From Terracidiphilus sp. (GTDB lineage: Bacteria; Acidobacteriota; Terriglobia; Terriglobales; Acidobacteriaceae): a stretch of 64,000 bases of DNA. Shown piece by piece: positions 28,714 to 37,395 of the stretch. The DNA lies in NCBI GenBank assembly GCA_036502485.1, contig DASXYM010000016.1; one strand, 5' to 3'. Within the stretch, counting starts at the first letter, position 1. Every line of letters starts with the position of its first letter. The notes beneath the pieces were generated by a model. It did not search any database and was not told the origin of the DNA. It worked only from the letters and a program-made list of their open reading frames with translations. A program made the position numbers and the translations under genes.

Positions 28714-31017
28714 ATGAGACGTTTTCCTCTCTGCATATTGATTGCTTTGGTGTCGATGCTGATGGCGGGAGGTGCGCCGGCGTTTGCCACCGTTTTTGCC
28801 ACGGTGCATGGGATCGTGCACGATCCGCAGCACAGGCCGGTTTCCGGCGCTCATGTGTGGCTGCGGGCCAGCGATTCGGATTTTCACCTCGCTGCGGAGA
28901 CCGTGTCCGACGGCGGATTCACGCTGCCCAACGTGCCAATCGGCAATTACCGGCTCGAGGTGGATGCGGCAGGCTTTGCGCACGTGACGGAGGCTCTGAC
29001 GCTCAGCTCAGGAACGAATCCCTTGCTGCATATTCCGCTGGAGTTGGCTGCCGCCGCACAGAACGTCGTGGTGCATGCGACGGATGGAACCATGGCAGCG
29101 CTTGATACCACCACGCCCACGACGCTGATTACGCGCGAGGACATTCAGTCGACCCCCGGCGCCAGCCGCACGCTGGGCATGCAGATGATCACGGATTACG
29201 TGCCGGGCGCCTACATGACGCACGACATGCTGCACATCCGCGGCGGCCACCAGGCGAGCTGGCTCATCGATGGCATCTCCATTCCGAACACGAAGATCGA
29301 TGCCAATGTCGGCCCGCAGATCGACCCCAAGGACATTGACCAGTTGGAAGTGCAGCGCGGAAGCTACGGGGCAGATGTAGGCGACCGCACCTATGGGGTG
29401 TTCGACGTGTTGCCGCGTAACGGGTTTCAGTTCAGCCGCCAGGGCGAGCTCATGCTGCTGGGCGGAAACTTCGCAAGCGGGGAAGCGCAACTGGCGCTGG
29501 GCGATCACAGCGCGAAGACCGCCTGGTATCTGAGCGGCACGGGATCGCGGGCAGATTATGGGTTGGAGACGCCCATCCCCGAGGTAATGCATGACCGCAC
29601 CAATTCCCAAAGCGCCTTCGGGTCGCTGATCCGCAACCAGACCGCCGGCGATCAGCTTCGCCTCACCGGACAATGGCGGCAGGATTACTTTCAGGTGCCG
29701 AATGATCCCAACGCTGAAGACTGGCAGAACAGCGCCTACAATTCGTCCGGCCTGCGCGATGCGCAGACGGAGCGCGACTCATTTGTGATCGCCAATTGGG
29801 TGCACACCATTTCACCAAAAGCCATGTTCGAGCTGGCACCCTTCTGGCATTACAACCTGGCGAACTACGATTCCTCTCCGCACGACATTCCGGTGGCGAC
29901 GACGTGGCACCAGACGTCGAACTATGCCGGAATGCAGGCCGATGCACGCGCCGATGCTGGGCCGAACAACTTGGCGGCGGGGCTCTACTCCTTTGCGCAG
30001 TGGGAGCACGATCGCTTCGCGCTCACTGACAGCGAGGGCGGCGGCCTCGCAACAACCAACGCGGCCATGCCGGCGGGGCTCATCGAGGCGCATGTGTCAG
30101 ATCATCTGCACGTGGGCCGGTATGTCACGCTGCTGGGCGGGTTGCGCTTCTCCAGCTATCACCAGGCGCTGACGGAGAACGTGCTTTCTCCGCGAGTGGG
30201 CGCGACGGCGGAGATTCCAAAGCTGCATTGGGTGCTGCGCGGATTTTATGGGAAGTTCTTCCAGCCTGCGCCGGTGCTTACGGTGTCAAGCGCGCTCCTT
30301 AACTATGTGCGGGGGCAGGGCGATCAAGGGCCGAATACACTGGTGCCGCTGCCTTCCGAGCGCGATGAGGAGCATCAGTTCGGCGTGCAGATTCCGGTGC
30401 GCGGGTGGACGCTGGACGTGGATACCTTCCGCACGCGCGTGAACAACTACCTGGACCACGCGACTCTCGGTGAGTCAAATCTCTACTTCCCCATCTCGAT
30501 TGACGGCGCGCTGATCCGCGGGTGGGAGATGACGGTGCGCTCGCCCCAGATCGCGCGGCACGCGCAGTTCCACCTGGCTTATTCCAACCAGATCGCCCAG
30601 CAGCGCGGCGGCATTACCGGCGGATTCACGTGCCGGCTTGCGACGGACCCGGCGTGCAATGACGGTTTCGACTACCAGGCCCTCGACCATGACCAGCGGC
30701 ACACTCTGAATACAGGATTCACAGCACGGCTGCCGCTGCGGACGTGGTTTGCGACCAATGTCTATTATGGGTCTGGCTTTGTGAACGGGATGCAGGACTC
30801 GGGCATCGGGCCGTACCAGGGCGCTTATCTCCCGGCGCACACCACGTTCGATGTGTCGGCCGGGCACAACTTCGGCGAGCGGTGGAAGGTGTCAGCCAGC
30901 GCCGTGAATGTGCTGGATCACCGCGTGCTGATGGATAACTCGGAGACGATCGGCGGATTTCATTACAACGATCCGCGGACCGTGACGGCAGAGGTTCGGT
31001 ACCGGTTTGGATTTTGA
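28714..31017 (+). CDS. TonB-dependent receptor (carboxypeptidase-regulatory-like N-domain, plug and barrel)
   Basis: Signal peptide, VHGIVHDPQHRPVSGA, plug with YMTHDMLHIRGGH, C-terminal DPRTVTAEVRYRFGF. SD GGAGG at 28700. Confidence 0.88.
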   Translation: MRRFPLCILIALVSMLMAGGAPAFATVFATVHGIVHDPQHRPVSGAHVWLRASDSDFHLAAETVSDGGFTLPNVPIGNYRLEVDAAGFAHVTEALTLSSGTNPLLHIPLELAAAAQNVVVHATDGTMAALDTTTPTTLITREDIQSTPGASRTLGMQMITDYVPGAYMTHDMLHIRGGHQASWLIDGISIPNTKIDANVGPQIDPKDIDQLEVQRGSYGADVGDRTYGVFDVLPRNGFQFSRQGELMLLGGNFASGEAQLALGDHSAKTAWYLSGTGSRADYGLETPIPEVMHDRTNSQSAFGSLIRNQTAGDQLRLTGQWRQDYFQVPNDPNAEDWQNSAYNSSGLRDAQTERDSFVIANWVHTISPKAMFELAPFWHYNLANYDSSPHDIPVATTWHQTSNYAGMQADARADAGPNNLAAGLYSFAQWEHDRFALTDSEGGGLATTNAAMPAGLIEAHVSDHLHVGRYVTLLGGLRFSSYHQALTENVLSPRVGATAEIPKLHWVLRGFYGKFFQPAPVLTVSSALLNYVRGQGDQGPNTLVPLPSERDEEHQFGVQIPVRGWTLDVDTFRTRVNNYLDHATLGESNLYFPISIDGALIRGWEMTVRSPQIARHAQFHLAYSNQIAQQRGGITGGFTCRLATDPACNDGFDYQALDHDQRHTLNTGFTARLPLRTWFATNVYYGSGFVNGMQDSGIGPYQGAYLPAHTTFDVSAGHNFGERWKVSASAVNVLDHRVLMDNSETIGGFHYNDPRTVTAEVRYRFGF

Positions 31018-31054
31018 CAGGCAGCGGGGTTAGCGGAGTCGGCAAACGCTCAGG

Positions 31055-31765
31055 TTACTGCGCGTCGAACAACCCAGGCATGACTTCGCCGGCTTTGCCT
31101 TCAACTATGGTGGTAAAGGCCTGGGCGTTCAACGGCCGCTCCGGCCCGATATAAACCGTCCTAGCGCCGTGATGGCGGGCCCAGTTGACGAAGTTGGCCG
31201 CGGGATACACCGAGCCCGACGTGCCGATGACAATCATCACCGTGGCGCGGTCGATCTCGCTCTGGATGCGGTCCATGTCGAGAGGAATCTCGCCGAAAAA
31301 GACGATGTGCGGCCGTAGGCGGGCGCCGCATGCGCAACGCGGAACTTCGTCGAGGCTCTTGTAGGCCGTTGTGTCCGGAACAGCCGGACGGCCGCACTCA
31401 TCTTCACAACGAGACTTCGCGAGTTCCCCATGCATGTGGACGAGACGCTTCGAACCGGCGCGCTCGTGCAGGTCGTCGACATTCTGCGTGCACAGAAAAA
31501 AGCGCTCGCCGAGTTTCGACTCGAGCTTAAAAAGTGCGACGTGGGCGGCGTTGGGTTGTGCTGTAGCTCCCTGCGCGCGCCGCTGCGAGTAGAACTCTCA
31601 TACGAGGGCGGGGTTGGACTGCAGAGCTTCGGGAGTGCAAACCTCTTCAATGTTGTAGCCGGCCCACAACCCATCAGACGCTCTGAAGGTAGGCAGGCCG
31701 CTCTCGGCCGAGATGCCGGCGCCCGTCAGGACGAAAACGCGGTCAGTCGATGAGATGGGGATCAT
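31055..31765 (-). pseudogene. cobB: NAD-dependent deacylase (sirtuin) with an in-frame TGA at codon 56
   Basis: [16 protein letters not shown]...NPALV*EFY...TQNVDDLHERAG...HMHG...RPHIVFFGE...GTSGSVYPAA, all in one frame. The stop is at 31598-31600. Confidence 0.9.
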
Positions 31766-31766
31766 G

Positions 31767-31907
31767 GTTCACATGCGTAGTTCATAGCTCTTCGTTCACA
31801 GTTCATAGTTCTGCTCAAAATCGGCAGGTTTCAATTCCATTTCAAGCGAACAGTTTGCCGGCCGGCCAACATCGTCACTGAAAACCGAGAACCGTGAACT
31901 GACAACT
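31767..31907. repeat. Two oppositely oriented heptamer arrays (GTTCAYA and GWGAACY-like)
   Basis: gttcaca..gttcata gctcttc gttcaca gttcata (31767-31807) and gaaaacc gagaacc gtgaact gacaact (31880-31907). Confidence 0.65.
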
Positions 31908-31910
31908 CGG

Positions 31911-32879
31911 CTACGGCTCCAGCAAAATCTTCCCCGTTGTGCGGCGGTTCTCCATCTCGCACTGCGCATGGCCCGCTTCCGTGAGCGGATAGATGTGCTC
32001 CATGCGCAGCTTCAGATCGCCGCTCTTCACCCAGTTGAGAACATCGCTGGCGCGGCGCTCCAGTTCATCGCGCGTCAGGATGTAATGCCACAGCGTGGGC
32101 CGCGTGATAAACAGCGAGCCCTTGCTCGAGAGCTGGATAGGATCGATGGCCGGGACGGGGCCGCTCGATCCGCCGAAGAGAGCAAGCAGCCCGCGCGGAC
32201 GAAGGCAATTCAGGCTGCCTTCGAAGGTGGTCTTCCCTACGGAATCGTAGACCACGTCCACCCCTTTGTTGTTGGTGAGGCGCTTAACTTCGGCAACAAA
32301 GTCCTGCTGCGAATAAAGAATCACATCGCTGGCGCCGGCCTCACGGGAGAGCTCCGCCTTTTCTTCCGTGGAGACAGTAGTAATGACGCGCGCGCCGATC
32401 TTTGCGGCCATCTGCGTGAGCAGGAGCCCGACCCCGCCCGCACCGGCGTGGATGAGGCAGGTCTCGCCGGCTTTGAGCGGCCAGGTGGAGTAGGCAAGGT
32501 AGTGCGCCGTCATCCCCTGGAGCATCGCCGCGGCGGCCTGCTCGGGCGTGACGCCATCGGGGACCTTGACGAGCTGCGCAGCGGGCACCAGCGCGTATTC
32601 GGCGTAGCTGCCGAGCACGCCGACCGCAGCCACGGAATCGCCGGGCCGGAAGCCGTTGACGCCGGGTCCGCATTCTTCCACAGTGCCGGCGGCTTCACTG
32701 CCGGGTGTCATCGGCAGCGTGGCTTTGTACTGGCCCTTGCGGAAGTAGAGCTCGATGAAGTTCATTCCGATGGACTCGACGCGGAGGAGCACCTGCCCGG
32801 CCCCGGGTGCGGGGATGGGCAGATCGACGAGTTGGAGGACCTCTGGCCCCCCGATCTCACGAATCTGGATGGCTTTCAT
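31911..32879 (-). CDS. qor: NADPH:quinone oxidoreductase (zeta-crystallin family)
   Basis: MKAIQIREIGGPEVL, AAAMLQGMTAHYL, HAGAGGVG, GVDVVYDSVGKTT, TTGKILL. Confidence 0.92.
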   Translation of the reverse strand: MKAIQIREIGGPEVLQLVDLPIPAPGAGQVLLRVESIGMNFIELYFRKGQYKATLPMTPGSEAAGTVEECGPGVNGFRPGDSVAAVGVLGSYAEYALVPAAQLVKVPDGVTPEQAAAAMLQGMTAHYLAYSTWPLKAGETCLIHAGAGGVGLLLTQMAAKIGARVITTVSTEEKAELSREAGASDVILYSQQDFVAEVKRLTNNKGVDVVYDSVGKTTFEGSLNCLRPRGLLALFGGSSGPVPAIDPIQLSSKGSLFITRPTLWHYILTRDELERRASDVLNWVKSGDLKLRMEHIYPLTEAGHAQCEMENRRTTGKILLEP

Positions 32880-32965
32880 AACAGCCAAGAATACCCGACC
32901 GGAGCAGGTGCAGGGGAATACACATTGAAATTGTGTGCGTCCTGGCGATGTGCTTTGATGAAACC

Positions 32966-33403
32966 ATGTCCCTTCATCGCGTACGACAGATCGTGGTCGG
33001 CGGCATCGGGTGTTTCTACCTGTGCCTGATCTATCCGTTGTTCGTCGACCTGCACCATAGCCGCTGGCTGATCGAGATGCACAACCAGGAATGCGATCCG
33101 ATGTTCATCAGCTTCTTCATCGCGCTTGGGCTGTTCCTTGTGATCGCGGCGCGCCGCCCGGAACAGCATCGCCTGATGATCAACTTCGCGGCCTATCAAA
33201 GCCTGTTTCACTGCGCAGTGATGACGGTAATGACGGTGGAGGCTGCCCGCAACGGAACGCCTCGCCAGATTGCCGATGTCGTGATCACCGCTGTCATTGG
33301 CGTGGTGCTTCTTGCGCTCACGCCACGAGGCGCAACGCCTCAGGGCGATGAAGGAAAGCGCCCTCAGGTCAGTGCTGGCTCTTCACCCGCTCCGCCACTT
33401 TGA
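32966..33403 (+). CDS. Hypothetical membrane protein (DUF6632-like)
   Basis: Four hydrophobic segments with AARRPEQHRLMINF...SLFHCAVM. Confidence 0.7.
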   Translation: MSLHRVRQIVVGGIGCFYLCLIYPLFVDLHHSRWLIEMHNQECDPMFISFFIALGLFLVIAARRPEQHRLMINFAAYQSLFHCAVMTVMTVEAARNGTPRQIADVVITAVIGVVLLALTPRGATPQGDEGKRPQVSAGSSPAPPL

Positions 33404-34166
33404 TGGACCCGTCTGCATTCACACAATAAACAGCAGTTTGCGTGCTGATGTACTCAGGCATCGACGGCTTCCGTGTGAGGACATAGAACACATCCGTGTC
33501 CTCCGGCACATTGCTCAGCACGTGCGAGTGAGTTCCTCCCGCCATCTTGGTTCCAGGAGGGACGTCGCCATGCGGGATCAGGCCTTTGTGCAAGGGGCGC
33601 TTGTTGATGATCTTGCCGTCCGCAGCTACCAGGTAGCGCACATCAGCGCCCAGCGGGTAATCGCCTTCGTCCGTCTGCGCAGGCACAAGATAGACATACA
33701 ACTGGCCGTTAGTAGCCGGAACGGCCGCCACATTGTAAAGCCGATTCATCCCGCCAAAGTCGCTGGTGGCCGCGCGAATACCCTTCGACGCTGACAAATA
33801 GAACCCGGTGTCACGCTGCGGCTGGTCGAACTTCTTTGCAGTGAATTCCTCAATCGACTTACCCTGCTTAGCCAACACGGCAATCAGGAAGGCATCGCCA
33901 GAGGAGCTGATCTGCCCGAAGGCCACTTCCCATCCTGCCGCGGTTTTTCGCGCAATGTATTGCGCCATCTGTTCCTTGCGCGGAAGCGTCGCGGCGGCGG
34001 CGTCACTCGCATGCCATGCGGCCTGGTCATACTCGTAAAGCACACGCCCGCGCGCCGCGATTGTCGCCAGTTCCGCATCGGACGCAACCTGGGCATGAGC
34101 GTTGATCAGAGAAGATGAAAGAAGGCATGCAGATAGCAGGAGAGTGTGGATACGAATGTGCAGCAT
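33369..34166 (-). CDS. Hypothetical exported protein
   Basis: Signal peptide ending AHA; long protein-like ORF with THSH...PEDTDVFYV. Confidence 0.75.
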   Translation of the reverse strand: MLHIRIHTLLLSACLLSSSLINAHAQVASDAELATIAARGRVLYEYDQAAWHASDAAAATLPRKEQMAQYIARKTAAGWEVAFGQISSSGDAFLIAVLAKQGKSIEEFTAKKFDQPQRDTGFYLSASKGIRAATSDFGGMNRLYNVAAVPATNGQLYVYLVPAQTDEGDYPLGADVRYLVAADGKIINKRPLHKGLIPHGDVPPGTKMAGGTHSHVLSNVPEDTDVFYVLTRKPSMPEYISTQTAVYCVNADGSIKVAERVKSQH

Positions 34167-34242
34167 GGGAGTCCTTTAGGAGTATCCGCGCAAGTATACC
34201 GTCGCCCATCAAGCCTCAACGTGGCCTGACGCAACCAGCATG

Positions 34243-34274
34243 AAAAAAGCCCGCTCGGCGTACCGGCGGGCTTT
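34243..34274 (-). terminator. Intrinsic terminator after the GT2 gene
   Basis: AAAGCCCGC/GCGGGCTTT stem with a T6 tail on the minus strand. Confidence 0.8.
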
Positions 34275-34293
34275 GCTGTCTGCTTCCTGTTCC

Positions 34294-35286
34294 CTAATCC
34301 CTGTCCCTCAGGATGCCCGGCTCTTCAGGGGCGCGCAGGCGGACCAGGCGATCCACCGCATAGGGCGTGTTGTTTTGCGAGCTGTAGTAGTGGCGCACCT
34401 GCAGTTCGCCCAGCAGGCCGAGCGCGAGGAGTTGAACGCCCGCCAGGATGAGCACACCGGCGATGACAAACAGCGGGCCGTGCTGATCCATGATGTTGGC
34501 GTGCGGGTTGAACACCTTCATGCCCAGCAGCAGTGCGGAGATGAAGCTGCCGAGAAGAATGCCGAGCGCGCCGAAGGAACCGAAGAAGTGCAGCGGCCGG
34601 CTCATGTATTTGATCAGGAAGCGGATCGTCAGCAGATCAAAGAACACGCGGAAGGTGCGGCCAATGCCGTAGTGGCTCTTGCCGCGCAGCCGGTTCACGT
34701 TCTTGATCGGAATCTCGCAGATCGACGCGCCATACCAGGCGGCCAGCGCCGGAATGAAGCGGTGCATCTCCCCGTAGAGCGGTATGTTGTGGATCACTTC
34801 GCGGCGGTAGGCCTTGAACGTGGTGCCAAAGTCGTGAATGTCCACGCCGGAAAGCTTGGCCATGAGCCAGTTGGCGATGCGCGAAGGAATGCGGCGCATG
34901 ACAAAATTGTCAATGCGCTTCTCGCGCCAGCCGGAGACGACGTCGTAGCCCTCTTCAAGCTTCTCAAGAAAGTTGGGAATCTCGTCGGGATCGTGCTGCA
35001 GATCCCCATCCATTGACAGGATGAACTCGCCGGACGCATGGTCGAAACCGGCAGCAAGGCCCGCGGTCTGGCCAAAGTTGCGGCGCAGCTTAACCACCAG
35101 AACCCGGCTGTCAACGGCGGCGATCTCTTCCAGCAACTTGTACGTGCGGTCAGAGGAGCCGTCGTCTACGAGAACCAGTTCGAAGGAGTCGCCCACCTGC
35201 TCCATGACCTGCTTAAGGCGGTCGTAGAGGGCGGTGACATTCTCTTCCTCGTTGTGGAAAGGGACGACGATAGAGTACTTCGGCAT
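34294..35286 (-). CDS. Glycosyltransferase family 2 (ArnC/polyprenol-phosphate glycosyltransferase-like)
   Basis: SIVVPFHNEEEN, VDDGSSD, RNFGQTAGLAAG, MDGDLQHDP, and two C-terminal TM segments. Confidence 0.93.
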   Translation of the reverse strand: MPKYSIVVPFHNEEENVTALYDRLKQVMEQVGDSFELVLVDDGSSDRTYKLLEEIAAVDSRVLVVKLRRNFGQTAGLAAGFDHASGEFILSMDGDLQHDPDEIPNFLEKLEEGYDVVSGWREKRIDNFVMRRIPSRIANWLMAKLSGVDIHDFGTTFKAYRREVIHNIPLYGEMHRFIPALAAWYGASICEIPIKNVNRLRGKSHYGIGRTFRVFFDLLTIRFLIKYMSRPLHFFGSFGALGILLGSFISALLLGMKVFNPHANIMDQHGPLFVIAGVLILAGVQLLALGLLGELQVRHYYSSQNNTPYAVDRLVRLRAPEEPGILRDRD

Positions 35287-35373
35287 ATCAATAGTATAGA
35301 CGCGGGTGATTTTCAAAGGATTTACCGAAATGAGAGAGAAGAGGGCCGGAGAGGAGCCAGCCCGAGGAGGGGG

Positions 35374-35694
35374 TCAGCCGTTGAGCTCGTCGAGCATAGC
35401 CTGCATCTCGCTCAATGCATGGCGGTTGCCGGTTCTGGCAGCGCAGCTGATACCGTCTTTCAGGCGGGCGACCGCTTCCGGGGTGCGGGCCGCCTTGGAC
35501 AGCGTCTGGGCGGCCATGAAGTATCCGGCTGTGTAGTCAGGGTCTTTCCGGAGCAGTTCGTCGAATTCAGCCATGGCAGCATCGGTCTCGCCCCGGCTGG
35601 CAAGTTCCACGGCGATCCCGTACCGTGCGAAGCTGTTTTTGGGATCCAAGGCGAGAATCTCTTTTAAACCTGCGATTTTGTCCATGGTGCTCAT
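35374..35694 (-). CDS. Small TPR protein
   Basis: DPKNSFARYGIAVEL...DPDYTAGYFMAAQTL. Confidence 0.85.
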   Translation of the reverse strand: MSTMDKIAGLKEILALDPKNSFARYGIAVELASRGETDAAMAEFDELLRKDPDYTAGYFMAAQTLSKAARTPEAVARLKDGISCAARTGNRHALSEMQAMLDELNG

Positions 35695-35846
35695 ATAGAA
35701 ATCACGGCCACCTATGCGATTTGCGTTATTGAAGGGGATTGCCGAAACTGGAACAGAGTGGCCCCGATGCTCGGTCCCCGTCGTTCCATTGTAGCCGGAG
35801 GAAGGGTTTTCGGGTTGATTGAAAACAAGAATGGAGCCGGCAAGGT

Positions 35847-36374
35847 ATGAGTTCCACTGAAAGTGTTCCCTCCAGCGCGCGCACAGTCCCCGAATCGCAG
35901 TCGGAAATGAGCGAAATCATTCTGCCGAACGATGCCAACATCCTGGGCAATTTGCTGGGCGGACGGCTGATGCACTTCATCGATCTGGTAGGCGCAATGG
36001 CAGCTTACCGGCACTCGCGCACGCACGTGGTGACGGCGGCGATGGACCACATCGACTTCATTCAGCCGGTGCACGTGGGCGACCTGTTGACGCTGAAGTC
36101 CAGTGTGAACCGCGCGTTTTCCACATCCATGGAGGTGGGCGTAAAAGTTTGGGTGGAGAACACACAGACCCAAGTGATGCTGCACGTGGCAAGCGCCTAT
36201 CTCGTCTTTGTTGCTGTCGACCAGAACGGCCGGCGCGTGCGCGTGCCCGAATTGAAACCTGTGACGGCGGATGAGGAGCGCCGCCACCACGATGCGCTGC
36301 TGCGGCGCGAACATCGCGAACGCGAGCATGCGCGGCGCAAGGCGGCTCGCAAGGCCACGGCTGAAAACGCATAG
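35847..36374 (+). CDS. Acyl-CoA thioesterase (hotdog fold)
   Basis: LPNDANILGNLLGGRLMHFID, SVNRAFSTSMEVGV. Confidence 0.92.
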   Translation: MSSTESVPSSARTVPESQSEMSEIILPNDANILGNLLGGRLMHFIDLVGAMAAYRHSRTHVVTAAMDHIDFIQPVHVGDLLTLKSSVNRAFSTSMEVGVKVWVENTQTQVMLHVASAYLVFVAVDQNGRRVRVPELKPVTADEERRHHDALLRREHREREHARRKAARKATAENA

Positions 36375-36428
36375 CCTCCCACGCGAGACGAAACAGAACG
36401 AAGTAAAAAGAAGGAGTGTACGAATCTT

Positions 36429-37259
36429 ATGGCACATGGAAATGCCATGCCTCAGCCCGTGGCTTTGCCGGGCGTATCGAAGATCATTGCGGTTGGTTCG
36501 GGCAAGGGCGGCGTAGGCAAAACCACCGTGGCCGTGAATCTGGCCATTGCCCTGTCAAAGATGGGCCAGCGCGTGGGGCTGATCGATGCCGACATCTACG
36601 GGCCGAATGTGCCGCTGATGATGGGTTCGAGCCAGTCGCCGCGCGTGGGCGCCGGCAACGTCATTGAACCAAATGAGACGCACGGACTGAAGACGATCTC
36701 CATCGGTTACATTTCGCCCGGCGATAAGCCGCTGGTGATGCGCGGCCCCATGCTGCACCAGATCATCCGGCAGTTCCTGCAGCAGGTGAACTGGGGCGAG
36801 TTGGATTACCTGGTAGTCGACCTGCCGCCGGGCACGGGCGATGTGGTGATCTCGCTGGTGCAAACGGTTCCCCTGACCGGCGCGGTGGTGGTCTCCACAC
36901 CCAGCGACGTGAGCCTGCAGGATGCGCGCAAGGCGCTGGAGATGTTTGGGCAGGTCAATGTGGAGGTGCTCGGCATCGTGGAGAACATGAGCTACTTCAC
37001 TTGCCCGCATTGCCATGAGGTCATTGACATCTTTTCGAAGGGCGGAGCGGAACGGACTGCCGCACAGTTCAAGGTGCCGTTCCTCGGGTCAATCGAATTG
37101 ATCCCGGCAATTCGTGAAGGTGGCGACAAGGGTCTGCCGGTTGCGCTGGCGGGGCCAAAGAGTCCGCAGGCGACCGCGTTCTTCGATGTGGCCCAGAAGT
37201 TGATGGAACGGGCAGATGCTGCGGCGGCGGCGAGCAAGGATGTGTTCGAAATCAGTTGA
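36429..37259 (+). CDS. mrp: Mrp/NBP35 (ApbC) Fe-S carrier ATPase
   Basis: SGKGGVGKTT, DADIYGPNVP, LVVDLPPGTGD, VENMSYFTCPHC. Confidence 0.94.
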   Translation: MAHGNAMPQPVALPGVSKIIAVGSGKGGVGKTTVAVNLAIALSKMGQRVGLIDADIYGPNVPLMMGSSQSPRVGAGNVIEPNETHGLKTISIGYISPGDKPLVMRGPMLHQIIRQFLQQVNWGELDYLVVDLPPGTGDVVISLVQTVPLTGAVVVSTPSDVSLQDARKALEMFGQVNVEVLGIVENMSYFTCPHCHEVIDIFSKGGAERTAAQFKVPFLGSIELIPAIREGGDKGLPVALAGPKSPQATAFFDVAQKLMERADAAAAASKDVFEIS

Positions 37260-37285
37260 TGAGAGGAAACCTGCTCCTTGATGTG

Positions 37286-37330
37286 TGTAGTCAGGTCTGA
37301 CTACAAAGTTTGTTTTCAGATCTGACTACA
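37286..37330. promoter_or_regulatory. Two tandem 20-bp palindromes, operator-like
   Basis: TGTAGTCAG-GT-CTGACTACA (37286-37305, perfect arms) and TGTTTTCAG-AT-CTGACTACA (37311-37330). Confidence 0.55.
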
Positions 37331-37395
37331 ATCTCCACAAAATAAGCAGAGAAGATGAGAAAACAGCCTGTCTGGTTCTTGCTGATCCCTGAAGA

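Noticed and set aside
31598-31600. TGA recoding (genetic code 4/25 or selenocysteine) as the explanation for the cobB stop
   Set aside because: Many genes here end in TGA and encode Trp with TGG. The residue is normally Trp, not Cys, and no SECIS-like hairpin was evident.
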